Virus record (IMG/VR): IMGVR_UViG_3300021368_000002 | Strand: one strand, 5' to 3' | DNA length: 64,000 bases | Source: a virus | Taxonomy: Duplodnaviria > Caudoviricetes | In this document: piece after piece, positions 37,489-47,393 of the stretch | Position numbering within the stretch: the stretch's first letter is position 1 | Layout of the letters: every line of letters begins with the position of its first letter | Translations under genes and position numbers: made by a program | The notes under the pieces: model-generated | Seen by the model: only the letters and a program-made list of their open reading frames with translations | Databases searched by the model: none | Told to the model about the DNA's origin: nothing

Positions 37489-38646
37489 TTAAAATCCGAC
37501 TGTGTTTTTTTCGTATACTGCATTGTGCGTTTGTGTACAACGCACAAACGTGGTGCATTTACTTAGATGCTTTAATCTTACTGCACCTGCGTAAGTACAA
37601 GCAGAACGCAACCCACCCAAAATATTTTGAATAGTATTACCCACTGCTCCTCTGTAAGGCACAAGAACTTCTCGTCCTTCACTACTTCTATACTCCTTAA
37701 GGCCACCAAAATGTTTGTCGTTCGCGGCCTTTGAACTCATTCCGTAGAATTGTACAAACTGCTTGTTTTCTATTACAGGATGATAGGTTTCGTCATTTTG
37801 CTTAAACCAGTGTTCACCTGTTGCGTAATATTTGGTGATTACTTCCCCACCGCCTTCATCGTGCCCAGCAAGCATCCCGCCAAGCATAACAAAATCTGCT
37901 CCGCCTGCAAAGGCTTTAGCGACATCTCCAGGGCAAGTACACCCGCCGTCAGCAATAACGTGACCCCCAAGTCCATGTGCGGCATCTGCGCACTCGATAA
38001 CCGCAGATAACTGCGGATATCCAACACCAGTTTGTATGCGAGTAGTGCAAACACTCCCGGGACCAATGCCCACTTTAACAATATCAGCTCCTGCAAGGAT
38101 AAGTTCCTCCGTCATTTCGCCAGTAACTACGTTACCTGCAATAATTACAATTTGTGGATACAGCTGTCTAAACTGCCGTACAAACGCAACAAAACGCTCA
38201 CTATACCCATTTGCTACATCAATACAAACATATTTTAGATTACCGTCTGCTTGCTCGTATACGTCACGAAACTTTTGATGGTCAGTATCAGTAATACCGA
38301 TACTCATAGCAACATAGTTTGTACGTTCATACATATCAGTGTCAAAATAACCCACAAGCTCTTGCACAGAATAAGTTTTCTTCAAGCAAGTGAATAAGCC
38401 GCCAGCAGCCAATTTATCGGCGATAGCGAACGTACCAACACCGTCCATGTTAGCAGCCATAATAGGAACACCACGCCAATGACGGTTATCAGGACGTATT
38501 TGCTCCATAGTCATATCTTCTGGCTGCCAATTACGCCATGTATAGCCTCGTTCTAGATCAACTTGTTTACGACTGCCTAATGTACTACGCTTAGGACGTA
38601 TCAAAACATCTTTGTAATCTAATTTGTTATCTGACTCAAGACGCAT
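37489..38646 (-). CDS. guaC: GMP reductase
   Basis: [54 protein letters not shown]. Confidence 0.95.
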   Translation of the reverse strand: MRLESDNKLDYKDVLIRPKRSTLGSRKQVDLERGYTWRNWQPEDMTMEQIRPDNRHWRGVPIMAANMDGVGTFAIADKLAAGGLFTCLKKTYSVQELVGYFDTDMYERTNYVAMSIGITDTDHQKFRDVYEQADGNLKYVCIDVANGYSERFVAFVRQFRQLYPQIVIIAGNVVTGEMTEELILAGADIVKVGIGPGSVCTTRIQTGVGYPQLSAVIECADAAHGLGGHVIADGGCTCPGDVAKAFAGGADFVMLGGMLAGHDEGGGEVITKYYATGEHWFKQNDETYHPVIENKQFVQFYGMSSKAANDKHFGGLKEYRSSEGREVLVPYRGAVGNTIQNILGGLRSACTYAGAVRLKHLSKCTTFVRCTQTHNAVYEKNTVGF

Positions 38647-38648
38647 TT

Positions 38649-38909
38649 TTAATAACCTAAATCCTGCTCACGTTTTTTTACTTTCTTAAGCCAACGAGCT
38701 CTACCAGCAGCTTTTGCTTTCTTACGCTTTTCACTAGGTTTTGTATAAAATTGACGTTCTCTAAGTTCTTGTAGGATTCCGTCCTCTTGAACTTTCTTTT
38801 TAAATTTACGTAATGCGTAATTGAAATCACCGTTACGCACCTCAACAGATAGGCCTGTCTTTTGACGCTCGCCTTTCTTATTATTATTGATGTTGTTGTT
38901 TCTTCTCAA
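38649..38909 (-). CDS. rpsU: Ribosomal protein bS21
   Basis: [19 protein letters not shown]...[14 protein letters not shown]; TTG start with GGAGG SD. Confidence 0.9.
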   Translation of the reverse strand: MRRNNNINNNKKGERQKTGLSVEVRNGDFNYALRKFKKKVQEDGILQELRERQFYTKPSEKRKKAKAAGRARWLKKVKKREQDLGY

Positions 38910-39336
38910 TGTAACCTCCAAATGTGTCTGATAAGAAATCTAGATTGTATTGCCTGTTATCACTTAATATATTATAATACAGGTATTCAGTATTTGTCAA
39001 CCAAAAAACATTGTCATGTGAAATTAAATAACTTGTAAAATTCTTTACAACATTATCTGAATTATCAACATCATAAATTACAATATTTGATTGCTTGATC
39101 AAAGTCAAGAGCCATTTTATATCTATATTATCATTTTCTAAAACATAGACATTAACATCAAACTCTATAGTTTCTAGATGTTTTTGTAGCTCTAATTTTA
39201 GTCCTTTACTAGGACAGATTAAAACAATACTATAAGTGTTATTGTATAGTATGTCAGGTGGAGTAATTAATCTAATCTTTGTCACGTTGTATCCGTTGCC
39301 ATATTGTATTATTGCCTTGCTCGGCATTTTGTTCAT
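38884..39336 (-). CDS. Hypothetical protein
   Basis: ORF; LITPPD motif; start uncertain. Confidence 0.55.
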   Translation of the reverse strand: MNKMPSKAIIQYGNGYNVTKIRLITPPDILYNNTYSIVLICPSKGLKLELQKHLETIEFDVNVYVLENDNIDIKWLLTLIKQSNIVIYDVDNSDNVVKNFTSYLISHDNVFWLTNTEYLYYNILSDNRQYNLDFLSDTFGGYIEKKQQHQ

Positions 39337-41329
39337 ATGTTGGATTAGTTTCTTTCTTGACTTGCTCGCCTTTTTCTAGCATGATATACTTTTTAGTAGG
39401 CAAATACTTCTGCCAAGGAACTTCATCTAACTTACCTTGTATATATGCTTGCTTTTGTTCCTTGATAGTGCTATCTGGATTTTCATCTTTCCATTGACGT
39501 TTAGCTTTTTGCCAATCTTCAAGTTGTTCTTGTTCTTCTAGTTCTTGGGCTCTTTCTTGTTCCTCGGCAGTTGTAAGTAAAGGTCCTGTGTCCTCCTCCA
39601 CTGTCTGCCCTGCTGGAACACTTGCCCCATCGCTATCTTGCCCCATTCGTTCATCGCTGTCCACATTGACTTCTTGTAATGGTAGCTCAAGTTGGTTTTC
39701 ATCATTGTGTCCATCATTTGTAGGCTCATCAATTGGATCTTTAGTAGGTGGTATATCATCTACTTCTCCTTCTTCATTTTTTTCTTCAGTCTCCTTCTCA
39801 GGAGTATTAACAGTATAGCCAGGGTTGTCAACTATTCGTTGTGCCCTTGCTTGCTCGTATTGCCGAAGCCAGTCACCGCGGTCATCTTTGCGTTTTCTAA
39901 ACTCAAAGGTATATTGGCTTGCTATCAGCAATAAGACTGCTAGTGGGTCAAATACAAATATAATAATAAGTATCACCCAACGAACTGCTTCCTCAAGAAC
40001 AGTATTGTCTGCTGTGTCTCCATATACAAATTCTGCAATGTATTTGATTGGTCCTACTTCTGCTTCTAATTTCCTGTATTCTGCTTGTAAAGCATATTTT
40101 TCTTCTGTTAATGTGTCTATCTCGTCTTCTGCTTTTTTGATACGTGCTAGTTGCTCATCTACTGCCGCATCTATTTCATCAGCCTTGTCTGTCTGTGCTA
40201 GTTGTGATCTTAGACGTTCAATCAGTGCTTGGCTGTTAGCAACCTGGTCTTCTGCACTTTTGCGTAGTCTTTGTATTTCATCTCTTGCTGTTTGAATTAC
40301 TGGTGACTCTGTTTGACGTACTTCGTCGATCTTGCTTAACATAGTCAATTCGCGATCTTTTAATGCAGGTATCTGTGTCTGTCGAATATCTTTAACAACA
40401 CCTGCTAGGCGTTCACGTTCTGTGTCAACTGTAGTTGTAGCATTTTGACGAAGTTTGCTGATGTCGCCTTGTATTTGTGTTATGCGTTCACGCTGGGCCG
40501 CAACCCAAGCAACCAGAGCTTTACGGGTATTATTACCAAATGCTCCATCACTTGTTACACCAATAATTGCTTGCCCTGCTCTAATCTGATCTCGTTCACC
40601 ACTATTAACTTGGTTTGTTACACGAATAATTTCTTTTTCAATTGTATCTATTTGTTCAAGTAAAGGATCTACTGCACTTGTATCAGCACTTAGATTTGCA
40701 ATTTTTCCTTCGTATTCTCTTGCACTAGTTTCAAGTCTAAGTATTTCTGCTTGAATACTTGTTAGTTGATCTTCGTATGGTTTTGTTCGATTTGCATCGC
40801 CTGCTCTAGCATCTTCTATAATTTTATTTTGCTGTGTAATAGCAGGTTGAATACGTTCAAATGCTTTATCTATACGTTCCTGCTCTTTATCAATTTGTGC
40901 TTGTATATTGGCATCTGCACCTGTGCCGCTTGACTCTAGTTGTTTTATCTTAGCTTCAGCACGATCTATAACAGCATTTAATCTACCTAGCTCACTATCA
41001 ATTTGTTCAACCTGTGCAATACTTTCTTCGCTTGCACTTGTCTGTTCAATATGTGCCTTTGAAAGGAAACCAAAAATGCCCATGCTTGTTATAAACATCA
41101 GCACAATTACAGCAGTTGTCAAATAAGTTTTAAGCCACCAAGTTGCCTGCTTCCAATACTTGTGTAACCATACCGCAGTGACTAGTTTGCCGATTTCTAA
41201 TGCGCCGCCCATAACCATAATAGGGAAAGCGGCTGCGGCAAAGATTGCCACAAGCCCTGCGATAGAGTAATAAATTGCTACACCGCTAATTGTAAGAGCG
41301 GTAATTAAAACTAATATTCCTAATGCCAT
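39272..41329 (-). CDS. Large coiled-coil membrane protein (DUF4407-like)
   Basis: Three N-terminal TMs, long coiled coil, FVFDPLAVLLLIA TM, acidic tail. Confidence 0.7.
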   Translation of the reverse strand: MALGILVLITALTISGVAIYYSIAGLVAIFAAAAFPIMVMGGALEIGKLVTAVWLHKYWKQATWWLKTYLTTAVIVLMFITSMGIFGFLSKAHIEQTSASEESIAQVEQIDSELGRLNAVIDRAEAKIKQLESSGTGADANIQAQIDKEQERIDKAFERIQPAITQQNKIIEDARAGDANRTKPYEDQLTSIQAEILRLETSAREYEGKIANLSADTSAVDPLLEQIDTIEKEIIRVTNQVNSGERDQIRAGQAIIGVTSDGAFGNNTRKALVAWVAAQRERITQIQGDISKLRQNATTTVDTERERLAGVVKDIRQTQIPALKDRELTMLSKIDEVRQTESPVIQTARDEIQRLRKSAEDQVANSQALIERLRSQLAQTDKADEIDAAVDEQLARIKKAEDEIDTLTEEKYALQAEYRKLEAEVGPIKYIAEFVYGDTADNTVLEEAVRWVILIIIFVFDPLAVLLLIASQYTFEFRKRKDDRGDWLRQYEQARAQRIVDNPGYTVNTPEKETEEKNEEGEVDDIPPTKDPIDEPTNDGHNDENQLELPLQEVNVDSDERMGQDSDGASVPAGQTVEEDTGPLLTTAEEQERAQELEEQEQLEDWQKAKRQWKDENPDSTIKEQKQAYIQGKLDEVPWQKYLPTKKYIMLEKGEQVKKETNPTYEQNAEQGNNTIWQRIQRDKD

Positions 41330-41332
41330 ACA

Positions 41333-41857
41333 TTAATCCCATCTATAAAATATATGTTGTCCAATCCGTCCAATAAGTGTTTTATGTTTTGCCCATTTAG
41401 GATTTACATACTTTGCATGATAGTGTGTTGCGCCTTCTGTTATTCCAACAAACTGTTTGTCCCAAAGCATATAATAAGCAAGTGTTTGTGCCGAAATCCA
41501 AGCGTCTTGATCTGATGGATCATCTGCTTTGCCGTCGCAATACCAACTAAACTGACAAGCATTACGCACCATTACCATTTTGTTTGGATCTTTCCAACTT
41601 GGCTTTTGTTTACCTTGTTTTACTACTTCGCAAATAGTGTTTGGATACCGTGTGTCCTTAACTCTGTTCAATACAACATCTGCTACTGCCGCCTGGTCTG
41701 CCTTACTGCTGCTTCTTGCTTCGTAATAGATATTCAAAGCAAGACAATACTCTTCAGGATTGCTCTCTGCAGTGTACAATGACTTAACTTCTGCCATTGT
41801 AGCATTTGTAGAGAACAGAACTGCTACGCCTAAGATGGTGCCTATAATAAATCTCAT
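41333..41857 (-). CDS. Cell-wall hydrolase (SleB/Hydrolase_2)
   Basis: CLALNIYYEAR, VLNRV..RYPNTICEVV, CQFSWYCDG, GATHYHA, IGQHIFY. Confidence 0.92.
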   Translation of the reverse strand: MRFIIGTILGVAVLFSTNATMAEVKSLYTAESNPEEYCLALNIYYEARSSSKADQAAVADVVLNRVKDTRYPNTICEVVKQGKQKPSWKDPNKMVMVRNACQFSWYCDGKADDPSDQDAWISAQTLAYYMLWDKQFVGITEGATHYHAKYVNPKWAKHKTLIGRIGQHIFYRWD

Positions 41858-41913
41858 GGTTATAAACCTCGTGTAATATTTAACCTGTTTTTCGTGCTAA
41901 CTTCAATACTAAC

Positions 41914-42369
41914 TTAATTCCTACGCATCTGTGATGCTTCGATAGCTTGTTTTTTGCTTGTGATAGGAACAAGATTGCTCTTGTGTGTTGTAGTGATACC
42001 AATAATATAGTCGCCTGTATACTGCTGATTTTCACGCTTTGGTGCATAACCTGCAATATTATTAGACAAACTTGGGTAATTAGGAGTTTCTCTATAGTTT
42101 GCACTTTTCTGCGGCACATATGACCCGTTTGACACACTTTTCTGCGGCTTATACTCACCCCTAGTATAGGCAATGTAATCATCTAAAGTGTCAAATTGTG
42201 CTTCATGACAATGCATTTGCCGCATACGCTTATTGTGTTTGCGCCATTCAACTTCTAATTTGTTACGTTGATTGTCTGTAAGGTTCTTTGCCTTACGCTT
42301 CTTGTAATTTGTAGTGGTCATATAAGGACCTACAAGGTGCATAGTCATAAAAAACTCCTGTTGTAACAC
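41914..42369 (-). CDS. Conserved phage protein
   Basis: MHLVGPYMTT...YTGDYIIGI.T.HKSNLVPI...EASQMRR. Confidence 0.65.
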   Translation of the reverse strand: MLQQEFFMTMHLVGPYMTTTNYKKRKAKNLTDNQRNKLEVEWRKHNKRMRQMHCHEAQFDTLDDYIAYTRGEYKPQKSVSNGSYVPQKSANYRETPNYPSLSNNIAGYAPKRENQQYTGDYIIGITTTHKSNLVPITSKKQAIEASQMRRN

Positions 42370-42413
42370 ATTTGTAGTATTACTATAACAGGAGTTTAAT
42401 GTATTGTCAACCT

Positions 42414-42893
42414 TTATTTGTCCATTTTAGCCACAGCAGCATCGTAATCTGCTCTGTCAATGATTCCTTCACGTAAAAGTTTTTCTCTGTTTGCCATATG
42501 TTTCATTTGTATTTCTTCTTTTGAACCACCAAAATATGCTACTGCATGGCCTTCTTCAACAAGAATATCTGTTAACCGTTCTGCGGGTTGATCTTCCCAA
42601 CGTTCTACCATAAAGTCTCCTAAGATACGTCCGAACTTGCCTTTCATATCTTCACCGTTTTTATTAATTTGTGTTTTTAATATTACATCGCCTTCTAGTA
42701 GTTCTTTTACTCTAGCCTTTGCAGCTTCGCCGAATAAATCTTCAACTTTATCTCTTGTTCTTGATTCTGGTGTATCAATGCCCATGATTCTCACACGTTC
42801 ATCTTTCATTACAATACCAAAACCTAAATCAATATCAACATCAACGGTGTCACCGTCTATTACTTTTATCACAGTTGCTCTGTACTCATACAT
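42414..42893 (-). CDS. Thermonuclease (SNase-like)
   Basis: VIDGDTVDVDIDLGF, RIMGIDTPESRT, GKFGRILG. Confidence 0.88.
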   Translation of the reverse strand: MYEYRATVIKVIDGDTVDVDIDLGFGIVMKDERVRIMGIDTPESRTRDKVEDLFGEAAKARVKELLEGDVILKTQINKNGEDMKGKFGRILGDFMVERWEDQPAERLTDILVEEGHAVAYFGGSKEEIQMKHMANREKLLREGIIDRADYDAAVAKMDK

Positions 42894-42903
42894 TGCCCTC
42901 TCC

Positions 42904-43224
42904 TCATTTTTTAAATAGTTCCCAAAACTTGCCCATTAGTATTAATATGCCTCCTAGTATCAGCCATGCTATTGCAGGACCACCTCCGTCTGTATACCAT
43001 ACTACTGGAAAGCCTAATAACCATACAGTCTTTGCTGCATAGCTTTTCCAATTCCATAACACATATATTACACCGTCCCAGCTACGCCACTTCTTTGGTT
43101 TGTCTGGACCAAAAGTTGTTTTAGCATCGAGGTGTCTATAAAGTTCTGGATTTCTTTTGTAATAAATCCAAACTACTAAAAACATCAGCCCTATAAAGAT
43201 TAAAGCTGCTGTGTGTTCGCCCAT
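42904..43224 (-). CDS. Small membrane protein
   Basis: Hydrophobic segments. Confidence 0.55.
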   Translation of the reverse strand: MGEHTAALIFIGLMFLVVWIYYKRNPELYRHLDAKTTFGPDKPKKWRSWDGVIYVLWNWKSYAAKTVWLLGFPVVWYTDGGGPAIAWLILGGILILMGKFWELFKK

Positions 43225-43418
43225 TATTCAGATCCAAACATTCCAATTAAATCGGGGCCGTAAGTTCCAGCTGCCCATGCTAATGCTACGATAGTAATAA
43301 CACCGTAAACTAGCCATTTCATTTTGAAGTCATCGACTTCCATTTTAAGGGCAACTAATTCGTTACCCAAAATTCTTACTGCTACTTCTAGTTTGCCTTT
43401 ATCGTCTGGTTGTGCCAT
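43224..43418 (-). CDS. Small membrane protein
   Basis: C-terminal TM. Confidence 0.6.
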   Translation of the reverse strand: MAQPDDKGKLEVAVRILGNELVALKMEVDDFKMKWLVYGVITIVALAWAAGTYGPDLIGMFGSE

Positions 43419-43568
43419 TCATCTTCCTTGTCCGCGATATTTTTTATAACTTTTGCGTCTACTTTTGTTCATACTAGCCGTTTTAATCATACCATTGTTG
43501 CCACCGATAGACGTCTTTTTCCGTGTCGGTTCAAAAACACTTTTAAACCCTACTACTTGTCTTGCCAT
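43419..43568 (-). CDS. 49-aa basic peptide (missing from ORF track)
   Basis: MARQVVGFKSVFEPTRKKTSIGGNNGMIKTASMNKSRRKSYKKYRGQGR; GGAGG SD; TAAATA upstream. Confidence 0.7.
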   Translation of the reverse strand: MARQVVGFKSVFEPTRKKTSIGGNNGMIKTASMNKSRRKSYKKYRGQGR

Positions 43569-43613
43569 AATAACCTCCAATCGTTATATGTGTATTTATT
43601 GCTAGGAGGTCAT

Positions 43614-43636
43614 AAAAAAAGGGTGCCGAAGCACCC
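43614..43636 (-). terminator. Intrinsic terminator
   Basis: GGGTGC-TTCG-GCACCC-T7. Confidence 0.9.
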
Positions 43637-43657
43637 TAGTTTTAAATATCTAAAAAA

Positions 43658-44062
43658 TTAGAAGTTAAATGAAACACCTACTTCAATTTCTCCACGATCT
43701 TCATCGTTTAGGTTCCATGATGTGTCACCATAAACAGTAGTTGATTCCGATAAATCATAATCAAAACCTAGATCGATAGCTGGACGATGCCCATCTTCAA
43801 ATACATTCATAATTGCAATATCATCGCCACTTGCATGATCAGTTGCATACACTGTAACCAATGTGCCTAATGAGAATGTTAATGGACCATCTGCACCTGG
43901 TGTCCAGTTAACAACAGGCTCGATTGTCACGTTATTAGTTTCTGCATCTACTAAGTGAAATGCTTTTAGTTCTGTATCTAATGATACTCCAGGCGCTAAA
44001 TCTACTGCCTGTGCTGTGCTTGCAGCCATTACTGCTGCCAATGCGATTAGTGTCTTACGCAT
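43658..44062 (-). CDS. Porin-like outer-membrane beta-barrel protein
   Basis: Signal peptide MRKTLIALAAVMAASTAQA; terminal EVGVSFNF. Confidence 0.65.
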   Translation of the reverse strand: MRKTLIALAAVMAASTAQAVDLAPGVSLDTELKAFHLVDAETNNVTIEPVVNWTPGADGPLTFSLGTLVTVYATDHASGDDIAIMNVFEDGHRPAIDLGFDYDLSESTTVYGDTSWNLNDEDRGEIEVGVSFNF

Positions 44063-44157
44063 AAAATTTCCTTTCAAATATGTAACGGGTTTGTTGACGA
44101 ACGCCAACACTCTATTTATTGCGGTGCAGCATCTAAACTAATGGTTGTGATGCAGAT

Positions 44158-44189
44158 AAAAAAAAGTGTTGCATCTCTGCAACACTTTT
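44158..44189 (-). terminator. Terminator after tmRNA
   Basis: AAAAGTGTTGCA-GAGA-TGCAACACTTTT-TTTT. Confidence 0.85.
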
Positions 44190-44425
44190 CTAGCCGTTTG
44201 GTAACAAGGTGGACCAACCCCGTGAATCATGCCGCTAGGGCTAACTCAGGTGCAAAGTTATCGTTTGCATTTGTGTTTTGTAAACTTGCCTACCTGTCGA
44301 ATCCTATTTCGCCCCCATCATAATTACTCTACGCCGTAAATTTGTGGTTTTTACGCTACAGAGTAATTATGGTGGAGGCGCCCGGTACCGCCCCGGGGTC
44401 CAAATACGCTTTGTAACGCCTACGA
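44190..44425 (-). ncRNA. ssrA: Circularly permuted two-piece tmRNA (outer ends approximate)
   Basis: Acceptor piece CCCGG-GGCGGTA-CCGGG-CGCCTCCACCA ending 44370; hairpin intervening segment; coding piece starting GGGGGCGAAATAGGATTCGAC at 44316; tag ANDNFAPELALAA* at 44268-44227; promoter TTGACA-17-TATAAA at 44458-44430. Confidence 0.92.
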
Positions 44426-44438
44426 TTTATTTATAGCA

Positions 44439-44636
44439 TCACTGTGATTTATTGTCAAGATAATTTTTTATATTTGGCGCAAATAAAGCCACCAACCCAA
44501 AGATAAGTAAAAATACAAACCAACCTATTGCAATATAGGCTCCTGCTCCCCATTCGTAATCTACATACATAGGTGCAAAAATAGCACTTGCTATACCTGC
44601 TAAAATACAAATTGTCCAATATATTTTTTTACCCAT
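44439..44636 (-). CDS. Small two-TM protein
   Basis: Hydrophobic profile. Confidence 0.6.
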   Translation of the reverse strand: MGKKIYWTICILAGIASAIFAPMYVDYEWGAGAYIAIGWFVFLLIFGLVALFAPNIKNYLDNKSQ

Positions 44637-45312
44637 TTTTTCCTCTTATGTATTTTAAGGCACCTTGTACAAATCTTCCTAAATGTGCTTGCGGGGTAGT
44701 AATTTTATCTATTTCTTCTTTACTTGCAAAATGCAAATTTAATTTGTAAGGTTCATTTGTCAATGGTATAATTTGACACAACGGATTGCCTGTTTCTAAT
44801 GTAATTATTCTATTAGTATGTTGATGTGCCATAATATTGATATGTGTCAAAGGTATGTGGTGTAATTTTAGTACACCTGGCAATCCAAACAATCCGAAAT
44901 CGTCTGCATACTCCCAAGTTGGCCAAATCATTAAAAAATCTATGTCCTTATTTGCCTTTATGTACCACGGACTCATTAGTTTAAAATGAATATGATTGTC
45001 TAAAAAGCCTCTACGCTGTTCAGGAGAGTGCATTTGAACACAATCTTCGCCACATACCTGATAACCAAATTCACCACTATCAATCTTCAACATAATATCT
45101 TCCCAAGCAGGAATCATAAAACCATGTTGATATAGATCTAATATTCCCATGCAATGTTTTATAGATCTATTTTGTGCCAAAGCACCAACAGGTGCATCCT
45201 CAATGGCTGGTATTCTTTTAAACCAGTCAGGCATACACTTGTTGGATTTTTGTATTGGTGCTGCTTTAAATGCAGCCTGATTGTTAGTGTAACAATCTAT
45301 AACTAGAGTCAT
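44629..45312 (-). CDS. Conserved phage protein (dUTPase-like/DUF6065-type beta fold, uncertain)
   Basis: PDWFK...IKHCMG..D...GFMIPAW...HFKLMSPW...GNPLCQIIP. Confidence 0.5.
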   Translation of the reverse strand: MTLVIDCYTNNQAAFKAAPIQKSNKCMPDWFKRIPAIEDAPVGALAQNRSIKHCMGILDLYQHGFMIPAWEDIMLKIDSGEFGYQVCGEDCVQMHSPEQRRGFLDNHIHFKLMSPWYIKANKDIDFLMIWPTWEYADDFGLFGLPGVLKLHHIPLTHINIMAHQHTNRIITLETGNPLCQIIPLTNEPYKLNLHFASKEEIDKITTPQAHLGRFVQGALKYIRGKNG

Positions 45313-45488
45313 TACATCTCGTTCTTTTTGTCTTGAATTTCTTTTCTACGGTCTTTTGTAAGTTTACCAAGATCTCCAAGAGCTTTACGAGCTCTAGCAG
45401 CCGCAGCTTTTACGCCTTTATCATCAAAGGTTTCTGCTTCTTTTAGGTAGTTGTTGTACGCTTGTACTATTTCTTCATGTAGTGTCAT
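45312..45488 (-). CDS. Hc1/histone-like small basic helical protein
   Basis: KGVKAAAARARKALGDLGKLTKDRRKEIQ. Confidence 0.65.
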   Translation of the reverse strand: MTLHEEIVQAYNNYLKEAETFDDKGVKAAAARARKALGDLGKLTKDRRKEIQDKKNEM

Positions 45489-45502
45489 GCCTATCTCCTT
45501 TT

Positions 45503-45793
45503 TTATGGGCCTGCAAAAACGTCTCCAGATCCTGCTGCGACAGAAGTGCATCCGTCAAGAGCGTCTCCAACTCTACCGCATCCAAGATTGTTGACAAAAA
45601 CTGTAGTTGATCCAACAGAAATAGGAGCGGTGTGACTAGGACACGGAACTCCTGGAAGAAGGTGTGATGTGTTAACGTCAGTCTGTCTGCTTACTGCAAT
45701 ATTATTTACAAATACATTAGGACTGCCTACTGCTCTTGTCATTCCTGAGCAATGATCAACATCTGCATCACCTATTCTAGTTACTGCTGGCAT
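45503..45793 (-). CDS. PAAR-repeat tail-spike tip protein (T4 gp5.4-like)
   Basis: AVTRIGD, GSPNVFVNN.AVSRQTD, GSTTVFVNN..CGRVGD, GSGDVFAG. Confidence 0.88.
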   Translation of the reverse strand: MPAVTRIGDADVDHCSGMTRAVGSPNVFVNNIAVSRQTDVNTSHLLPGVPCPSHTAPISVGSTTVFVNNLGCGRVGDALDGCTSVAAGSGDVFAGP

Positions 45794-45986
45794 TTTCTCT
45801 TTCCCTCTTCATTAAATCTTGTAGCCTATTGTTCCATTGTTCTATCTCCTCATGCTGTTCTTCTGTATGAGGTGGCTCCGGGACTGTAGGCTTAAATTCT
45901 ATTACGTGATCAAAGTCTAATGGAATATCTTCGTATTCAGTATACGTTTCTAATACTCCATTTCTTTTAACCACAAACTTACTCAA
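45777..45986 (-). CDS. Hypothetical protein
   Basis: FDHVIEFKP..PEPPHTEEQHEEI. Confidence 0.6.
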   Translation of the reverse strand: MSKFVVKRNGVLETYTEYEDIPLDFDHVIEFKPTVPEPPHTEEQHEEIEQWNNRLQDLMKRERENASSN

Positions 45987-46234
45987 AGCGTATGACCTGT
46001 TCCTGTATAACCTGTTGCTTCTACATAGTTCATGAAGTCATCCTTTGAACCAATTACTTTATCTAATATTTTTATTTGCGGAAATGTCCTAGCACCCGGA
46101 AAGTTTTCAAATACTTCTTCACGAGTAAAATCTACATCTAATTGCTTGTACACATATTTAAAGCCTCTAGTTTCGCAAAACTGTTTTGCTTGATCGCAAT
46201 GCGGACAAGCAGGCTTACCCCAAATCTCAATCAT
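45983..46234 (-). CDS. Glutaredoxin
   Basis: CPHC, TFPQI. Confidence 0.9.
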   Translation of the reverse strand: MIEIWGKPACPHCDQAKQFCETRGFKYVYKQLDVDFTREEVFENFPGARTFPQIKILDKVIGSKDDFMNYVEATGYTGTGHTL

Positions 46235-47334
46235 AAACTAAATCCTTTTAACATATCTTTATCAACGTCTTGTTTAATACCGCCAATAACATAACTTTCA
46301 ACTTCTGTCTCTTGCGGAGCAACTTGAAGACCTGAAGAACTTAACCAATGCTGTGTCCACGGTAGTGGATTTGTGTTTACTGGTGCATCAAAGATTGCAT
46401 CAAAGCCTAGTGCTTTCAGTCTACGGTTTGCAATGTACTCTACATATTGATGCAGTAGTGTGCTGTTAAGACCAATCATCGAACCATCTTTGAACAAATA
46501 GTCAGCCCAGTCTTTTTCTTCTGCAACACACTCACGCCATAACTCGTACACTTCTTCTTCACACTCTTTTGCAATCTTAGCCATTTCTGGATCGTCTTTG
46601 CCTTGAGCCCAAAGTTTAAGAACGTGTGTGCTTAGTGCAAGGTGTTGTGCTTCATCACGAGCAATAAGTGAAATAATCTTTGCAGAGCCTTCCATCAACT
46701 TTAATTCACCAAAGCCAAAAGTACAAGCAAATGAAACATAGAAACGTAATCCTTCAAGAATGTTTACCGTTTGCATTGCAAGATACAGTTTCTTCTTGAC
46801 TTCATACATCGAACCTTCACCACGGTGCATAAATGCATCTGCGGCTTCATTAAACGCATCATAATGTTTAGTAACAGAAACAGCACGTTGAATAATTTTG
46901 TCATCATCAAGAATTGTATCAAATACTTCGCTTGGATCTGGATACACGTTTTTCATAATATGTGTATATGAACGTGAGTGAATTGTTTCAAAGAAGTCCC
47001 AAGTAACAATACAGCCTTCTAGCTCAGGTAAACTTACATGAGGCAAGAAAGCCAAACAAGGACCACGTCCTTGTACACTGTCTAGCAGTGTTTGATACTT
47101 TAGGTTAGCAGTAAAGATATGCTTCTGTTCTGGACGAAAGTTTGCATAGTCTGCTCTATCTTTTTGCAAACTTACTTCTTCTGGTCTCCAAAAGTATCCC
47201 AGCATTGTCTGATTTAATTTATCAAATACTGGAAACTTAAATGTATCATACCTTTGGGTATTTTGTTCTGCACCAAAGAACATTGTTTCTTTAGTGAAGT
47301 CTACTTTTTCCTTGTTAAACACTGTGCGTGACAT
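46231..47334 (-). CDS. nrdB: Ribonucleotide reductase class Ia beta subunit
   Basis: FWRPEEV, LLDSVQGR, ETIHSRSYTH, LEGLRFYVSF, RDEAQH. Confidence 0.97.
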   Translation of the reverse strand: MSRTVFNKEKVDFTKETMFFGAEQNTQRYDTFKFPVFDKLNQTMLGYFWRPEEVSLQKDRADYANFRPEQKHIFTANLKYQTLLDSVQGRGPCLAFLPHVSLPELEGCIVTWDFFETIHSRSYTHIMKNVYPDPSEVFDTILDDDKIIQRAVSVTKHYDAFNEAADAFMHRGEGSMYEVKKKLYLAMQTVNILEGLRFYVSFACTFGFGELKLMEGSAKIISLIARDEAQHLALSTHVLKLWAQGKDDPEMAKIAKECEEEVYELWRECVAEEKDWADYLFKDGSMIGLNSTLLHQYVEYIANRRLKALGFDAIFDAPVNTNPLPWTQHWLSSSGLQVAPQETEVESYVIGGIKQDVDKDMLKGFSL

Positions 47335-47393
47335 CTGATTTCCTTATGTTTCTCTGTGTATAGTATATACTACTTATCTACAAGTGTCAAGCA

